Assembly (NCBI GenBank): GCA_031411255.1
Contig: JANOAS010000367.1
Location: 10,683 to 74,682, forward strand
Reading direction: 5' to 3'
DNA from: a bacterium
GTDB lineage: Bacteria > Verrucomicrobiota > Verrucomicrobiia > Verrucomicrobiales > V1-33
DNA length: 64,000 nucleotides
The translations under genes and the position numbers were made by a program. The notes under the pieces were generated by a model. The model saw nothing but the letters and a program-made list of their open reading frames with translations. It was not told the DNA's origin and ran no database searches. Positions 9,879-19,200 of the stretch are shown piece by piece; the first letter of the stretch is position 1, and each line of letters opens with the position of its first letter.

Positions 9879-11854
9879 TCCGCACCCGCATCAGCAGGAG
9901 CCTGCTTTGCGGGCAGGGGGGCTGCCGGAGTGCCGGTGGTGTTTTCCGGATCGCCCGCCTTCAGGGAGGAGTCCTTGTTGTTGCCAATGAAGCATCGGGA
10001 CGCCAGCAGCGTTCCTCCCCGGTTCCACAGGTCCGGCCCCAGCCCGGTGGCTGCGGTATTTTCCGCCACCAGGCACGCCTCCAGTGTCACCTGGGTGGTC
10101 TCGTCCAGGGCCAGGCCACCGGCGCCGTGGACGGGTGCCGCCAGGCCGGTGGTGGCGTTGTGAAGAATGGTGCAGCGGCGTGCGGTGAGCCGGCCCTGGA
10201 CCACGTCGACCGCCCCGCCCCTTGCAGCGGCTTCATTGTCTGAAAACGTGCAGCCGGTCATGGTCAGGCTGCCGTCCTCCTGGGCGATGGCGCCTCCGCT
10301 GCCTGCGGCCTTGTTCCCGCTGAAATGGCAGCGAGTGAGGGACATGCTGCCGAGGTTCTGGATGGCGCCGCCGTTGGCCCGGCACGCGTTCCCGGTGAAG
10401 CGGCAGTTCACGGCTTCCACCACGCCCGTGCCGAGGTTGTAGAGCGCCCCGCCGCCCCTGCTGGAGGTGTTGCCGGTGAGGGTGCAGTCCGTCAGACTGA
10501 GGTGGCCAAAATTATTGATGGCGATGCGGTCCTCCGTCCGGCAGCCGGTAATCGTGATGCCCTTGAGGGAGGCGGTGTCTCCTGGTGAAAAGAACAGCCC
10601 CTCAATGAGCTCGACCGTCACGCCGCCGGGGAGGCCGCTCGCGTCGATGTGGATCGGTCCTCCGGGATGCGGCTTGGTGTGGTCGGTCAGGGCGTTGATC
10701 CCCGCCAGTCTGAGCGCCGGGCTGGTGACCGTGATGGTTTTTCCGGCCAGCTCCGGGGCAAAGGTGATGGTGTCCGGCCCCGGGTTGGCATCGCAGTTAT
10801 CCATCGCCTCCCGCAGGGAGCCTGGCCCGGCATTCAGCGTGTTCGTCACCACGGTGGGCCGCCGCCCCGGCCTGGCCGGGGCCGCCGGGTTGAGGAGGTG
10901 GGCTCCCCATGCCAGCGCCGCCGCCGCCGCAGTCACCGCCACTGCAGTCATCAGGACTTTCCTCCTGCCCCCCGGCGCAGCGGCGGCCGGCTCCGGCGCA
11001 GGGCTGGACTGAATGGCGGCCAGGTCCGCGATGATCTCCTGGGCGGTGGCATAGCGTGCCGCACGGTCCGGCTGCATGGCCTTGTCCACCACGGCATCAA
11101 ACCGGGGATCCGTTCCCGCCACTTCGCTGGCCGGACTCCAGAGCCCGCGCGGCACCTGGCCGGTGAGCATCTGGTAAAAAACCACTCCCACGGCGAAGAG
11201 GTCCGCCCGCCCGTCCAGCACCGTGCCCGGCACCCAGGCCTCGGGTGCCAGGTAGTCCGGTGTGCCCACGGTCACATTGGACTTGGTCAGCCCCGGCCCG
11301 GCGGCGTCCTGGTGCCGGGCCAGCCCGAAGTCGGCTATCTTCACCCGGCCCTCCCGCGTCAGGAGAATGTTGGCCGGCTTGATGTCCCTGTGGGTGATGC
11401 CCGCGCGGTGCGCCGCCGCCAGCGCATCGCAGATCTGCATGACCAGGTCGACCGCCCGCTCCGGAGCCAGCCGCCCCGCTTCATGCAGCAGGCGCGAGAG
11501 GTCCGTCCCATCCACGTACTCCATGACGAAATAAAGCAGCCCGCCGGCGGTGCGACCGGAGTCATACACCCGCACGATCCCCGGGTGGTCCAGCCGCGCC
11601 ATCGTCCGCGATTCCAGCTCGAACCTTTCGGCAAAGAGCGCCTCCGGCTCCTCCATCAGTTCCGCCGGCAGCACCTTGACCGCCACCGCCCGCCCCAGCG
11701 AGAGATCCACCGCCTGGTAGACCGCTCCCATCCCGCCCCGCCCCAGCAGCCTTTCCAGGCGAAATCCCGGCAGCTCCTGCTGCAGCGTTTCCAGCGGCGG
11801 CGGCTGCGTCCATCTGCCCGGCGCGGTGGTGGGTATGGGCCGGGATTCGTTCAT
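9875..11854 (-). CDS. transmembrane Ser/Thr protein kinase with Pmp-like beta-helix ectodomain (paralog 1)
   Basis: Kinase motifs: GRGGMGAVYQA, VAVKVL, HRDIKPANILL, DFGLA, APE. One TM helix (VLMTAVAVTAAAAALAWGAHLL). The ectodomain has GPGSLREAM..ITF, then GGGALYNLG, FTGN, NGGAIQNLG, FSGN, SGGAIAQ, FSDN, RGGAVDV repeats. ATG start at 11852-11854. Confidence 0.9.
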   Translation of the reverse strand: MNESRPIPTTAPGRWTQPPPLETLQQELPGFRLERLLGRGGMGAVYQAVDLSLGRAVAVKVLPAELMEEPEALFAERFELESRTMARLDHPGIVRVYDSGRTAGGLLYFVMEYVDGTDLSRLLHEAGRLAPERAVDLVMQICDALAAAHRAGITHRDIKPANILLTREGRVKIADFGLARHQDAAGPGLTKSNVTVGTPDYLAPEAWVPGTVLDGRADLFAVGVVFYQMLTGQVPRGLWSPASEVAGTDPRFDAVVDKAMQPDRAARYATAQEIIADLAAIQSSPAPEPAAAAPGGRRKVLMTAVAVTAAAAALAWGAHLLNPAAPARPGRRPTVVTNTLNAGPGSLREAMDNCDANPGPDTITFAPELAGKTITVTSPALRLAGINALTDHTKPHPGGPIHIDASGLPGGVTVELIEGLFFSPGDTASLKGITITGCRTEDRIAINNFGHLSLTDCTLTGNTSSRGGGALYNLGTGVVEAVNCRFTGNACRANGGAIQNLGSMSLTRCHFSGNKAAGSGGAIAQEDGSLTMTGCTFSDNEAAARGGAVDVVQGRLTARRCTILHNATTGLAAPVHGAGGLALDETTQVTLEACLVAENTAATGLGPDLWNRGGTLLASRCFIGNNKDSSLKAGDPENTTGTPAAPLPAKQAPADAGAD

Positions 11855-11867
11855 CGCATTCCAGATT

Positions 11868-12629
11868 TTATGCCGCCAGCACGCTCTGGAGCCACGTCAT
11901 TTCACTTTCGATCTCCTCGGGCGTCTCCACCGTGCGTGAGATTTCCCTGCGCAGCTGGTCGCGGAATTTCGTGCGCAGCCGGAAGACCAGCAGCCGCACC
12001 GCAGTCTCGCTGGCGTTGAGTTTCGCCGCCACGTCACGGTAGGACGGCGGCTCCTCATCCCAGAGGAGAAAGGGCAGAAGCGTCTCGAAGACATCCCCCC
12101 GGCCGGACACTTCAAATTCACCGCGCAGCCGCAGCCGCACCCCGGCGATCAATTCCCCGGCCCAGGCCCGGGTGAAGAGGGCTTCCGGCGAGCGGTTGTC
12201 CACCGGCTCGCGGGCGTAGCGCTCCTCCGCAGACATCGCATCGAATGACAGCGGGCGCCGGCTGCCGCCGCGCTTCTCCGCCGCCTCGTACCGGCGTTCG
12301 TCGAAAAGGTGGTGCTTCAGCACCTGCAGGAGGAAGGTCCGCAGCTTGCCCTTCCCCCGCTCCGCCGCCTCGATGGATTCATCCGCCAGCATCTTCACGA
12401 AAAACCCCTGCGTCAGGTCCTCCGCGTCCTCGTGGTGGTGTCCCTGTCGGCGGAGAAAGGCGTAGATGGGATACCAGTAGAGCGCGCACAGTTCCTCCTG
12501 CGCCAGCCTGGCCTCGGGACCGCCCTGCCGCACCTTTGCTACCAGGGACCACCGCGTCGCCGGGAATGCCTGCGCCTGCCGGACCTCTGCGGAGGCGGCG
12601 TCATCTGGAGCGGCATGATTTGCGGGCAT
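11868..12629 (-). CDS. ECF-like sigma-70 family RNA polymerase sigma factor (kinase-associated type)
   Basis: Region 2 is DLTQGFFVKML. The region 4 HTH is SYRDVAAKLNASETAVRLLVFRLRTKFRDQL. An N-terminal TRWSLV motif is present. The stop lies 13 nt upstream of the kinase start. No anti-sigma-like ORF is adjacent. Confidence 0.85.
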   Translation of the reverse strand: MPANHAAPDDAASAEVRQAQAFPATRWSLVAKVRQGGPEARLAQEELCALYWYPIYAFLRRQGHHHEDAEDLTQGFFVKMLADESIEAAERGKGKLRTFLLQVLKHHLFDERRYEAAEKRGGSRRPLSFDAMSAEERYAREPVDNRSPEALFTRAWAGELIAGVRLRLRGEFEVSGRGDVFETLLPFLLWDEEPPSYRDVAAKLNASETAVRLLVFRLRTKFRDQLRREISRTVETPEEIESEMTWLQSVLAA

Positions 12630-12770
12630 GAGCGCAGAAAACCCGGCTTGCCGCCCATGGAAAGAAAAAAAAACGGAAAATCGTCTGAAACGCCGCGCCC
12701 GGAATTTCGAAATGGAAGGCCTGACGGGCTCTCACGGCCCGCACCAGTCCAACCAAACCACTGTCATTCC

Positions 12771-14882
12771 ATGAAAAAAATCCACATTCTCAGGGCCGCT
12801 GCCCTCCTCGCCCTGCTGGCCGGCGCACCGGCGGCCGGCGCCCAGACCCTGCCTCTCATCCCTTATCAGGGCCGCGTTCAGACCGGCGCGCCGCCGGCTG
12901 ACTTCACCGGCACCGGCCAGTTCAAGTTCGCCCTTGTGGCCGGCACGGCCAATGTCTCCGTCCCAGCCACTGCCAATGCCGTCCGCACGGGAAACGTGCT
13001 CACCAGAATCGACATTACCAATCAGGGCGATGGCTACATTTCCGCTCCCGCAGTGACCATCACCGGAGGCGGGGGCACCGGCGCTCAGGCCACTGCTGTC
13101 GTGACGGGGGGCAAGGTGACCTCCATTGGCGTCACCCAGGGGGGCGGGGGCTACACGTCGGACCCTCAGATCTCCATCGCCGCGCCTCCCGCCCGGCAGG
13201 AGTACCTCTGGGTGAATAATGGCGCCGTCACCGCAGACCCGGTGAATGCCGTCAGCGTCCCGGTGGCCGGCGGCCTTTATTCCGTCATGCTGGGGGACAC
13301 CACGACGGCTGGAGGAAACATGGCTGCCATCCCGGCTGCGGCATTCGCCCGTCCTGACGTGCGGTTGCGTGTCTGGTTTAACGGCACCCAGCTCGGGCAG
13401 GACCAGCGCCTCGCGCCTAATGGCTACACCACCGGCTCGGTGACAGGAACCCTCCCGGCCAACAATATCGGCACCTACCCTCCAGGCGTCCACATGGGCA
13501 GCCGTTTTCCGGGTTTTCCCAATGATGCCTCCGTCGCCGTCGTGGGCGCGGATACAGCTTCCATCACTTTTGCAGGCGGAGTTTCCAACGTCTGGAAGGA
13601 AATCCGCTACACCCGGGCCTCCGACTCGCTGAGCGTTCCCGCTGGCAATTTTGGCATCGGCACCACTGAGCCGGCAGCCAAACTTGATGTGAACGGAAAC
13701 ATCAACGCCAGTGGCGACCTTGGCTTTCCGGCAAACGGCCAGCACTTCATCTCCGTGGCCAGGCAGTCCGTACCCGATGTCGAGGGACGCTGGCTGACCG
13801 TTGAGGCGGGCAGCGCCCAGGGAGCATCCGGCACTGCCCGGGCCGGCGGCGGTCTCTACCTCAGGGCCGGCAACGGCTACAATGCGTCTGTGAACGGTGC
13901 CGGTGGCGGCGACGTCATCATTAGCTCCGGAGCAAACTGGATTAATGCAGGTGCCAGCGGCGACAACGGAGGCGACATCGTGTTCAATACCGGGGGAGCG
14001 AACAACACTTTCATGGAGCGCATGCGCATCGGTGAAAATGGCAACGTCGGTATCGGTACCACCGGCAACAACCCCGCCGGAGCGAAGCTGATCGTGAACG
14101 GTGGGGTGGATGGTTCCCCCGGCTTCGGTCCTTATATGAATACCACCGGAGGATCGTTCACTCCGATTGCTCACGGCTCCCACTCCATTTCCATCAAAGC
14201 CACCGGCACCATTCTCTCAGGCTCGGCCTTCGTCGCCGCCTCGGATGCCCGCATCAAAACCATCGCGGGACGCTCCGACAGCGGGACTGATCTCACCACT
14301 CTGCGCCGCATCGAAGTGACGGATTACGGCTACAAAGACACGGTCGCCCATGGTGGTGCGAAGCAAAAGAAAGTGATCGCCCAGCAGGTGGAGAAAGTCT
14401 TCCCCACCGCCGTGACGAAGATTACCAGCGTGGTGCCCGACATTTTCCAGAAGGCCACGATCAAGGATGGCTGGATCGAACTGACCACCGACCTCAAGAA
14501 GGGCGAGCGCGTCCGCCTCCTCAGCGAGAAGGAAGAAGCCATCCATGAAGTGCTGGAGGTGCGTGCTGGAGGATTCCGCACAGCGTACAAGCCTGCGGAC
14601 GGCAAGATCTTCGTCTATGGCCGCGAGGTGAATGACTTCTGCACCGTGGACTACGAGGCCATTGCCATGCTCAACGTCTCCGCCACCCAGGAACTCGCCC
14701 GGAAGCTGGAGGCGAAGGACTCCGAAGTCCTCGCGCTGAAAACAGAGAACGCCGCCCTGAAAGCTGAACTCGCGGCCAACGCCGCCGGGGACAAGGCGCG
14801 GGATGCGAAGCTGGCCGAACTCGCCGCCTTGATCGCGAAGCAGCCCACCACCACCGTCGCCACAGTGGTGGCTCCACGTTAA
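12771..14882 (+). CDS. Sec-exported tail-fibre-like protein with C-terminal S74-type intramolecular chaperone domain and coiled coil
   Basis: ATG 12771 gives the signal peptide MKKIHILRAAALLALLAGAPAAGAQ. GDGYISAPAVTITGGGGTGAQATA / GGGGYTSDPQISI fibre-type repeats are present, as are NFGIGTTEPAAKLDVNGN and GNVGIGTTGNNP motifs. SDARIKTIAGRS (from nt 14241) followed by ...VIAQQVEKVFP matches the endosialidase/tail-fibre chaperone domain. The terminal coiled coil is ELARKLEAKDSEVLALKTENAALKAEL. The listed ORF start at 12309 is antisense to the sigma gene. Confidence 0.8.
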   Translation: MKKIHILRAAALLALLAGAPAAGAQTLPLIPYQGRVQTGAPPADFTGTGQFKFALVAGTANVSVPATANAVRTGNVLTRIDITNQGDGYISAPAVTITGGGGTGAQATAVVTGGKVTSIGVTQGGGGYTSDPQISIAAPPARQEYLWVNNGAVTADPVNAVSVPVAGGLYSVMLGDTTTAGGNMAAIPAAAFARPDVRLRVWFNGTQLGQDQRLAPNGYTTGSVTGTLPANNIGTYPPGVHMGSRFPGFPNDASVAVVGADTASITFAGGVSNVWKEIRYTRASDSLSVPAGNFGIGTTEPAAKLDVNGNINASGDLGFPANGQHFISVARQSVPDVEGRWLTVEAGSAQGASGTARAGGGLYLRAGNGYNASVNGAGGGDVIISSGANWINAGASGDNGGDIVFNTGGANNTFMERMRIGENGNVGIGTTGNNPAGAKLIVNGGVDGSPGFGPYMNTTGGSFTPIAHGSHSISIKATGTILSGSAFVAASDARIKTIAGRSDSGTDLTTLRRIEVTDYGYKDTVAHGGAKQKKVIAQQVEKVFPTAVTKITSVVPDIFQKATIKDGWIELTTDLKKGERVRLLSEKEEAIHEVLEVRAGGFRTAYKPADGKIFVYGREVNDFCTVDYEAIAMLNVSATQELARKLEAKDSEVLALKTENAALKAELAANAAGDKARDAKLAELAALIAKQPTTTVATVVAPR

Positions 14883-14912
14883 TCCCCGCCTGACGATCAC
14901 TCATTCACTCCC

Positions 14913-15548
14913 ATGAAGACAAAACTGATCTTGTACACGGCTGTGGGGGCCCTCCTCTGGCAGTCGGCTGCGGAGGCCGGCAGCCGCTCCGGCGGCACGG
15001 GCACCGGGGCCGTCACCATCCCGGCGGACACCCTCAGCAGCGGTGGCGGCACAGCCACCGGCGGCAGCGGCGCCACGGCGGTGGTCGTATTTTCCAGCCT
15101 CGGCGGTGTCGTCGGCACCGTGAAGGCGGCGTCTGGATCCCCTGTCGTGAAGCAGGGGTTCGTCCCGCAGATCCTGCCGGCCACCCTCAGCGGGTTCGAC
15201 CTCTGGGCCAGCCAGAACATCCCCGCCGGGAAGGACGCGGCCTTCGCCGGCGACGGAAACGGTGATGGCATCCCGAACGGCGTGGCCTACGTCTTCGGCA
15301 CCACGCGCGTCAGCCCTACAGGGAAAGGGAAAATCCCCATCCCTCCGGCCATCCCGGCGGATGTGGACGTCTACCTGGACCGCAGCATCGACCTGACGAC
15401 TTGGCTTCTCGCCCGGGTCAGCTGGGTGAACGGAGCCGCGCCCACCTTCGTCAATGGCAACTTCTCCATCGTCGCAGGTGAAGTGGTGGACACAGCCAAC
15501 CCCCCGGGTGGCGACTTGTTCTACCGGTATCGGGTCGTTCGGCGCTGA
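14913..15548 (+). CDS. small secreted protein carrying the shared C-terminal module (GDGNGDGIPNGVAYVFG ... LFYRYRVVRR)
   Basis: Signal peptide MKTKLILYTAVGALLWQSAAEA. It has a Gly/Thr-rich N-terminal half, a DxDxDGIPN calcium-site-like motif and a terminal F-Y-R-Y-R-V motif. It starts 30 nt after the fibre gene and is followed by a strong terminator. Confidence 0.7.
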   Translation: MKTKLILYTAVGALLWQSAAEAGSRSGGTGTGAVTIPADTLSSGGGTATGGSGATAVVVFSSLGGVVGTVKAASGSPVVKQGFVPQILPATLSGFDLWASQNIPAGKDAAFAGDGNGDGIPNGVAYVFGTTRVSPTGKGKIPIPPAIPADVDVYLDRSIDLTTWLLARVSWVNGAAPTFVNGNFSIVAGEVVDTANPPGGDLFYRYRVVRR

Positions 15549-15569
15549 GGAGCGCCGCCCCGCAGCCAG

Positions 15570-15600
15570 GGACGGCCGGTGACCCACCGGCCGTCCTTTT
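15570..15600 (+). terminator. Rho-independent terminator of the fibre operon
   Basis: A perfect 12-bp stem GGACGGCCGGTG / CACCGGCCGTCC with loop ACC, followed by TTTT. It starts 22 nt after the stop at 15548. Confidence 0.8.
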
Positions 15601-15709
15601 GCGGGAGCAGCAGTTGTAGCGCAGCAGAGGCTTTTCCTCCGTCCCCCCGCCGCCCACCACCACACAAGGTGGGGCGAGGCTCCTGCCGAGCCGCATCGCC
15701 CCAAGCCCC

Positions 15710-15993
15710 GCGCCCCGAACTTCGTGCCCCGTCGACCCTCCAGCCGCGTGCACCAAGCCTCCGTTCCCCTTCGTGCAGACAAGGTGCGGCGAATCGGCTG
15801 AAGCCTGCACTATTGACATTCTGAGCATTCCGGATGCCTGCTGCCCCTGCGCAAAACGAAGGGGCGGCACGTCAAGAGTCCAGCCTTCAGGCGACCCGTG
15901 CGCGAGGTGCCCGTGCCTGGTGCACGCCGGCCGCAGCGAGCTGCGAGCCAAACAGCGGCGGCGAGCTTCCGCACTCCACGACGGCTCCGCCGC
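15710..15993. repeat. dispersed intergenic repeat elements X (15710-15742) and Y (15933-15993), copies also at 25176-25209 (X), 24856-24872 (partial X) and 25108-25168 (Y, inverted)
   Basis: Hand alignment. Y at 15933-15993 versus the reverse complement of 25108-25168 gives 46/61 identical, ungapped. X is gcgccccgaacttcgtgccccgtcgaccctcca versus gcgccccaagcttcgtgccctgtcgagccctcaa (about 29/33 with one indel, same orientation). Confidence 0.7.
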
Positions 15994-16256
15994 TTCGCTT
16001 CTCCTCGTCACCCAGTCTTCCAGTCTCCCGGCCTCCCGGCCTCCCGGCCAGAGCCCGGTCTCGTCTTTTGACTAAATGGTCCCCCTCAATTCCCCTAGGA
16101 TTCTTGTGGGGCATCTGCCGATGTTTGAGTATTTCGGTGACGGTTCCTGGAAAAATACGTAGAACGGAGGGAGCGAATCAAACCCGCCCAACCCGAAAGA
16201 GTCGCCCCTGCGGCCCTCCTGTTTCAGCTTTCAAGCCCAAGATCAGCCCCAGTAAC

Positions 16257-19200
16257 ATGAAAAACAGTCCATCCTCCTGCGTTCCCGCATCTTTGACATC
16301 CGCTTCGTCCCTGCTTCTGCAGCTGTGGTTGCTGACGGTGTCTCTGGTCCTGCTGCCTGCAGGCTCCGCACTGCGGGCGCAGACGCCGATCCATGCCTAC
16401 GAGTTCAACGGCACCATGGCCGACACCTACGGCGGGCCGGCGATGTCGGGCGGGACTTTCCCGGGGCAGACGACGTACACGTTCGGCATCGGCCAGGGGC
16501 CGGGGGTGCAGGGGGCCATCCCGGCGAATGCGGATTACTCGCTGGAGATGCTGTTCTACTTCAGCTCCATGCCAGGGACCTATGCCTCGCTGGTCAACTT
16601 CAGCAACCTGACCTCGGATGGGGGCCTCTACCTGTGGAACAGGGCGCCCTACTTCGCCCCGAATGGCGGCTCGCCGACGTCGCCGGTCGTACCACTGGTC
16701 ACCTACTCCCGGATGGTCATCACGCGGAGCTTTTCCACCCAGGTCACCAAAATCTACCTGGATGGAAACCTGGCGGCGACGCGCACGGACACGGCCAACA
16801 CCTACCTCTCGCCCTCGGGCTGGCTCCACTTCTTCCGGGATGACGGCTCGGAAAACGCCCCTGGCGTGGTGGATGCCATCCGCATGTACGACACGGTGCT
16901 GTCGGACTCGCAGATCGCCGCCATGGGTGTAGGTGCGACGGCGTTGCCGGAGATCAGCCTCTTCCGCGGCACGACATCGGGCACGGAGCTGTTCTCCTCG
17001 TCGAGCACATCGGACCTCGGCAGCATCACGCTGGGGAACTCCAGCGCGGCGCAGACCTTCACCATCTGGAACACGGGCAAAAAGGACCTGATCCTGGGGA
17101 CGCTGAGCAAGGTGACAAACAATGCAAGCTACCCGAACTACGCGGACTTCACGCTCGGCACGCCGGCCAAGTCGGTGCTGGCTCCGGGGGAATCGACGAC
17201 GTTCACCGTGACCTTCACGCCCTCTGCCACGGGCGCGCGGCTGGCGCAGGTGAACATCCCGAACAATGACCAAGATGAGTCAACTTTCGTTACCAACCTG
17301 AGCGGCACGGGCACGGCGCCGGTGCCGCTTTCGCCCTCGCGGTTCTGGACGTTCAACGGGACCTTCAATGATTCGCTCGGCGGCACGCCGATGGGGCCGT
17401 ACAATGCCAACGGCACGAACAACCAAAGCCCGAACCTCTCGGCGACCTACTACAGCTGGGATCCCGGCCAGAACCTCGACACCAGCAGTGTGCTGAGCAA
17501 CTACAACGAATGGACGATGGAGCTGGTCTTCAAGCTGGCCAAAGTGACGGGCTACAACGCGCTGGTGAACTTCGACAGTCTGGCCGGGGACAACGCGGTT
17601 TTTGTGCAGGACGGGAAACTGAGCTTCTACGGCATCAGCAGCGGCGCGGTTTCGGCCAGTGGGCTTTTCTCGGCCGACACGTGGTACCGGCTGATCGTCA
17701 CGCGACGGGCCTCCGACGGGCAGATGAAGGGCTATGTGGACGGCACCGAGGTGCTGAGCGCCACTGCGGGCAGCGGGCAGCTGGCCGGGCAGGCGCCGCA
17801 AGGCAGGCTCAAGTTCTTCGGCGATGCCTCCGGGGAGGTCTCAGGCGGCTCGGTGGACCTGATCCGCATCTACTACGGCGTTATGCCCTCCACTCAGGCC
17901 ACGGCACTGGGTTCGGGCCGGGTGCCGGACATCAGGGTGACGCTCGGCACCTCCTCCGGACCTGAGATCGTGAACGGCTCGCTGCTGGACTACGGCTACG
18001 TGCAGGTGGGTGCCGGAAATCAAAAGCTGATCACCATTGCCAATCTCGGTACGGGAAATCTGACCGTTCAGTACCCCGGTTTATCCGGTGCGAATTCATT
18101 CCAGTTTGCCATCGCCGGCAATCCAGCCGGCACGATCCCGCCGCTATCCACTGCCTCGTTCAATCTCAATTTTTTCCCAACCTCCGTGGGCACGAAGAAC
18201 GCCTACATGCAGCTCGGCAACAGTGACGCGAATGACAATCCCTACGCTATCAATCTGACTGGAGTGGCTGTGTGGCTGCCTACGGTCACGGCGGTCTCCC
18301 CAGCGAGTGGACTGGTGGCTGGGGGCACCCCGGTGACGATCACGGGCACAGACTTCATGCCGGGAGTGACGAGCGTGACGATCGGCGGTGTGGCCGCGAC
18401 GGCTGTCTCCGTGCAGACCTCGACACTCCTTACCTGCACGACGCCGGCGGGCACGAGCGGAGCGAAAAGTGTGGTGGTGACGACGCCTGGCGGCGTGAGC
18501 AATACAGGGATTAATTTCACCTACAACGGAGTGCCGACCGTGGTCTCAGCCTCGCCATCAGCGGGGGCGCTGGCAGGAGGCAACACAGTGACCCTGACGG
18601 GCACGGACTTCCTCGCGGGAGCCACGGTGACGATCGGTGGGAATGCCGCCTCGAATGTGAATGTGGTGAACGCCACGACTCTGACGTGCACGGCTCCGGC
18701 CGGCACGGCGGGGGCGAAGAGTGTGATCGTAACGACAGCCGGCGGATCAAGTGCGGCGAACTCACTCTATACGTACGCCGGCGCGCCGACGTTGACGAAC
18801 GTGTCTCCCGGCAGCGGACCGCTCGGCGGTGGAAACACAGTGACGCTCACGGGCACTGGATTCCTGCCCGGAACGGCGGTTGCGATTGGCGGGGGCCAGG
18901 CCTCGGCGGTCACTGTGACGAGCCTCACGAGCCTGACGTGCACCGCCCCGGCGGGAGCCGCAGGGGTGGCGAATGTGAGTGTAACCACTGCGGCTGGAAG
19001 CAGTGCCGGCGGCATCACCTACACGTACGTTGCGGCACCCACGGTGACGAATGTCACGCCGAACTCCGGCCCGGTGGCTGGCGGCACGAGCCTGACCCTC
19101 GCGGGCACCGCCTTCATCCCGGGAGCCACCACGGTGACCATCGGCGGCAGTGCAGCAACGGCGGTAAATGTGGCAAGTGCCACAAGTCTCACGTGTATCG

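Noticed and set aside
12309-12770. N-terminal 154 codons of the listed 857-aa ORF
   Set aside because: This stretch is antisense to the sigma-factor gene and continues across the intergenic region. ATG 12771 yields a canonical signal peptide, so the upstream extension is not coding.
12771-15548. Prophage or phage-remnant interpretation of the tail-fibre-like gene
   Set aside because: There are no integrase, terminase, capsid, baseplate or lysis genes in 64 kb. The protein has a Sec signal peptide, and its composition matches the surroundings. It is kept as a cellular fibre candidate.
15834-16256. N-terminal 141 codons of the listed 2956-aa ORF
   Set aside because: It runs through dispersed repeat elements and a (CTCCCGGC)x3 array and gives a Pro/Arg/Ser-rich product. 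ATG 16257 gives a signal-like hydrophobic N-terminus.
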